Positions 61,290 through 64,000 of a stretch of 64,000 nucleotides of DNA are shown here, one piece after another (position 1 is the first letter of the stretch; each line of letters begins with the position of its first letter). The notes beneath the pieces are model-generated. The model was not told the DNA's origin and did no database searches. It saw nothing but the letters and a program-made list of their open reading frames with translations. The translations under genes and the position numbers were made by a program. The stretch is from NCBI GenBank assembly GCA_043821645.1, contig JBDRCO010000063.1:1-64000 (forward strand). The letters run 5' to 3'. This DNA comes from Pseudomonadota bacterium. Its GTDB lineage: Bacteria > Myxococcota > JACRCW01 > JAFGSX01.

Positions 61290-62954
61290 ATGACCCCTCA
61301 ACCCGGCAGCACCCAGGCTCTGGGGAGTGTGCAGGCAGACACGCCGAAGACCATCGGCGGCTACCAGGTCGAGGCCAAGATCGGCGAAGGCGGCATGGGG
61401 AGAGTGTATGCCTGCCGCGACGAGACCCTGGACCGTCGGGTGGCCATCAAGGTGCTGCTGGCCGAGGTGGCGCGCGAGCCCGCCATGACCGAGCGCTTCC
61501 TGCGCGAGGCGAGGGCCATGGCCACCTTGACCTCGCCCCGGGTGGTCACCGTCTACCACGTGGGCAGCGACGGAGACCTCCCTTACCTGGTGATGGAGTA
61601 CCTCGAGGGCGAGGACCTGTCGCGCACGGTCAAGCGCCAGGGGGCCCTGGCTGTGGCCGACGTGCTGACCTACGCCCTGCACACGGTCGAGGGCCTGCGC
61701 GTGGCCACCCGGGCCGGGCTGGTGCATCGCGACATCAAGCCCAGCAATCTCTTTCTCACCCCTGGCGGGGTCAAGCTCACCGACTTTGGCCTGGCGCGGC
61801 CTCTGGATGGTTCGGCCGATCTGACCCAGGCGGGCCTGGTCGTCGGCAGCCCGCACTACCTGGCCCCCGAGCTCGCCCGCGGTCTCCCGGCGACCGCCCA
61901 GTCTGACATGTACGCGCTGGGAGCCTCGCTGTGCGAACTGCTGACCGGCACGCCGCCGTTCAGTGGGCAGGCTCCCGTCGACGTCGTCACCCAGCACCTG
62001 ACCCAGCCCGTTCCCGATCTTCGCACCCGCCGACCGGAACTCCCCGGGGCCATCGCGGCCGTGGTGCAGCGCATGCTTGCCAAGATCCCCAAGGATCGCT
62101 TCGCGGACTACGACGAGCTGGAAGCAGCGCTGCGGGAGTCCAGCGATGCGGTGGAGGCAGGTGAAGGACCGACCCTGCCACCGGCCGGCCCTCGCGCTCT
62201 GGCCGCCGAGACCGTCGCTGCGCGCCTGACAGAAGGTTCGCGGACCGCTCGCCCCACGCCGCGGTGGCGCGGGATCGTCGACCTGCTCGGACGCAGACGA
62301 GGGATGGTCCTGACCGCGGGCGCCGCCCTGGTCCTGGTGCTGATCTGGAGCATGCTCGGGGACGATCGCCTCAAGCGCATCGACGCCGGTCAGGCCCGCG
62401 CCGTGCTCGAGGAGATCCAGACCCTCCCTGCAACGCAACGCAGCGGCCAGGACGAACTGGTTCGCGGTCACGCCCTGGTGGCGCTCCGGCGTGTCGACGA
62501 GGCCATGCGCGCCTACCAGAAAGCGCTCAAGGGTGGCGCCTCGGACGACAGAGCACGGCGTCACATCTTCGAGGCCATCGAGGACGATGAGGCCCCGGAG
62601 GCCGCCGAGGTACTGGCACTGTGGCCCGATTCGGACATCGACAAGGTGCTGCGCTCCCTGGTGCTCGAGGGCGAGTGGTGGCCGCGCCACAACGCGATGC
62701 GCGCGCTCGAGGGGCGGCGTGACGTCGAGCCAGAACTGCAAGAGCAGCTGGGCCGGCTCGACCTCAAGAGCGGAGACAGCTGCCCGCGGCGCCGCATGGG
62801 GCTGATGCGACTCAAGCGCATGGGTCAGTCCAGGGCCGCTGCCGACGCCATCCGCAGCGCCAGCCAGCGCATGCCCGACAACCTGTGCATGCTGCTCGAT
62901 TTCCCCGGCGCGGAGCAGGCCGTTCGCGCGCGCCTCGGGGACACCGAGGAGTGA
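61290..62954 (+). CDS. Membrane Ser/Thr protein kinase with extracytoplasmic TPR/HEAT-like domain
   Basis: GEGGMG, VAIK, RFLREA, HRDIKPSN, DFG, YLAPE; TM; C-terminal domain paralogous to that of the upstream kinase. Confidence 0.92.
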   Translation: MTPQPGSTQALGSVQADTPKTIGGYQVEAKIGEGGMGRVYACRDETLDRRVAIKVLLAEVAREPAMTERFLREARAMATLTSPRVVTVYHVGSDGDLPYLVMEYLEGEDLSRTVKRQGALAVADVLTYALHTVEGLRVATRAGLVHRDIKPSNLFLTPGGVKLTDFGLARPLDGSADLTQAGLVVGSPHYLAPELARGLPATAQSDMYALGASLCELLTGTPPFSGQAPVDVVTQHLTQPVPDLRTRRPELPGAIAAVVQRMLAKIPKDRFADYDELEAALRESSDAVEAGEGPTLPPAGPRALAAETVAARLTEGSRTARPTPRWRGIVDLLGRRRGMVLTAGAALVLVLIWSMLGDDRLKRIDAGQARAVLEEIQTLPATQRSGQDELVRGHALVALRRVDEAMRAYQKALKGGASDDRARRHIFEAIEDDEAPEAAEVLALWPDSDIDKVLRSLVLEGEWWPRHNAMRALEGRRDVEPELQEQLGRLDLKSGDSCPRRRMGLMRLKRMGQSRAAADAIRSASQRMPDNLCMLLDFPGAEQAVRARLGDTEE

Positions 62955-63054
62955 CGAACGGCCCCTGGATCGACAGCCCGCAGCCACGCGCTCAGCACTG
63001 GACAGCGCGCGGTTCCTGACGCTATGTGGCGGACCCCCTGTGGAATAGGTCGTC

Positions 63055-64000
63055 ATGAGCCTGATTGCCGTCGAGAACCTGTCCCTCTCCTTTGCGGGCC
63101 GCACCCTGTTTGACCACGTGGGTTTTGCGGTGTCCGCCCAGGACCGGGTCGGGTTGGTCGGCCGCAATGGCATGGGCAAGACCTCGCTGCTGCGCTGCGT
63201 CGTCGGCGAGCTGGCTCCCGACGATGGCCAGATCCGCGTCGCCCGGGGCGCGCGCATCGGCTACCTGCAACAGGAGATCTCGGCGCCCCGCGAGCTGCCC
63301 CTGCTCAGCTCGGTACTGCAAAGCGTGCCTGGCCTGGGTCTGGTGGAGCAGGAGATCGCCGTCGTCGAGGAGGAACTGGAGCGCACCGAGGACGAGGCCA
63401 GTCAGCAGGAGCTGGCGCTGCGGCTGAGTGAACTGTTGCACCGCCGCGAGAACTATCAGACCTGCTATGCCCCGCACGAGGCCGAGCGCATCCTGGCTGG
63501 GTTGGGTTTCGCACCTGCCCGCTTCGAGCAATCCCTGGCCACCTTGTCGGGAGGCTGGCGCATGCGCGCGGCCCTGGCCTCGCTGCTGTTCCAGCAACCG
63601 GATGTGCTGCTGCTCGACGAGCCCACCAACCATCTCGACCTGCCCAGCGTCGAGTGGTTCGACGGCTACCTCAAGAAGTACCCGGGCGCCTGCGTGCTGG
63701 TGTCCCACGACAAGGCCTTTCTCAACAGCCAGATCGCGCGCGTCATCAGTCTGGAACTCGAGGGCCTGCGCAGCTATTCGGGCAACTACGACCAGTACGT
63801 GGCGCTGCGTGACGACGAGGACGTGCTGCTCAAGAACCGCGCCCGCAACCTGGAGCGCGAGCGCAAGGAGATCGAGCGCTTCGTCGAGCGCTTCAAGGCC
63901 AAGGCCACCCACGCACGCCAGGCCTCGTCCCGGGCCAAGGTGCTGCACAAGATGGAAAAGGTGCAGACCCTGGCGTTGCCCAAGGAGCTGAGCTTTCGCT
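63055..64000 (+). CDS. ABC-F family ATPase (partial, runs off the window end)
   Basis: Absent from the ORF track because it has no stop. Reads [10 protein letters not shown]...GRNGMGKT (Walker A), [29 protein letters not shown]. Confidence 0.92.
   Translation, partial: MSLIAVENLSLSFAGRTLFDHVGFAVSAQDRVGLVGRNGMGKTSLLRCVVGELAPDDGQIRVARGARIGYLQQEISAPRELPLLSSVLQSVPGLGLVEQEIAVVEEELERTEDEASQQELALRLSELLHRRENYQTCYAPHEAERILAGLGFAPARFEQSLATLSGGWRMRAALASLLFQQPDVLLLDEPTNHLDLPSVEWFDGYLKKYPGACVLVSHDKAFLNSQIARVISLELEGLRSYSGNYDQYVALRDDEDVLLKNRARNLERERKEIERFVERFKAKATHARQASSRAKVLHKMEKVQTLALPKELSFR

Noticed and set aside
59766-63257. 1163-aa minus-strand ORF, and similar long antisense ORFs (5155-7149, 23200-24972, 40059-42224)
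   Set aside because: Shadow ORFs typical of high-GC DNA opposite well-supported genes; no motifs

Overview
High-GC bacterial chromosomal window. The gene complement (DUF507, Hanks-type kinases, PP2C, TamAB, Cys-rich lipoproteins) suggests Myxococcota or a related deltaproteobacterial lineage; this is an inference. Housekeeping and general genes include holB, glnS, folD, pepF, tamB/tamA, a ubiB-family kinase, an MscS channel, a lipocalin, an ABC-F ATPase, tRNA-Ser(GCT) and tRNA-Arg(ACG). A sulfur-respiration locus (ArsR, psrA/phsA, psrB, two YeeE/YedE genes, psrC/nrfD) is preceded by a Tat-exported sulfite-oxidase-family Mo enzyme and a TrmB regulator. The strongest candidate for an undescribed system is a five-gene minus-strand mini biosynthetic cluster at 45710-51048: stand-alone NRPS adenylation domain, divergent AmmeMemoRadiSam-type radical SAM enzyme, PLP cystathionine-lyase-family enzyme, free carrier protein and GNAT-like transferase, with the first four genes translationally coupled. 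Other oddities are a duplicated-module histone-H1-tailed protein, an archaeal-type split aconitase X pair, a catalytically dead signal peptidase I, tandem receptor kinases (one with a pseudokinase), a porin with an Asp/His/Cys-rich leader, and a 72-bp multi-hairpin tandem repeat at the window start. No CRISPR array, rRNA, integrase or transposase was seen. All family calls come from motif recognition by eye, not from database searches.
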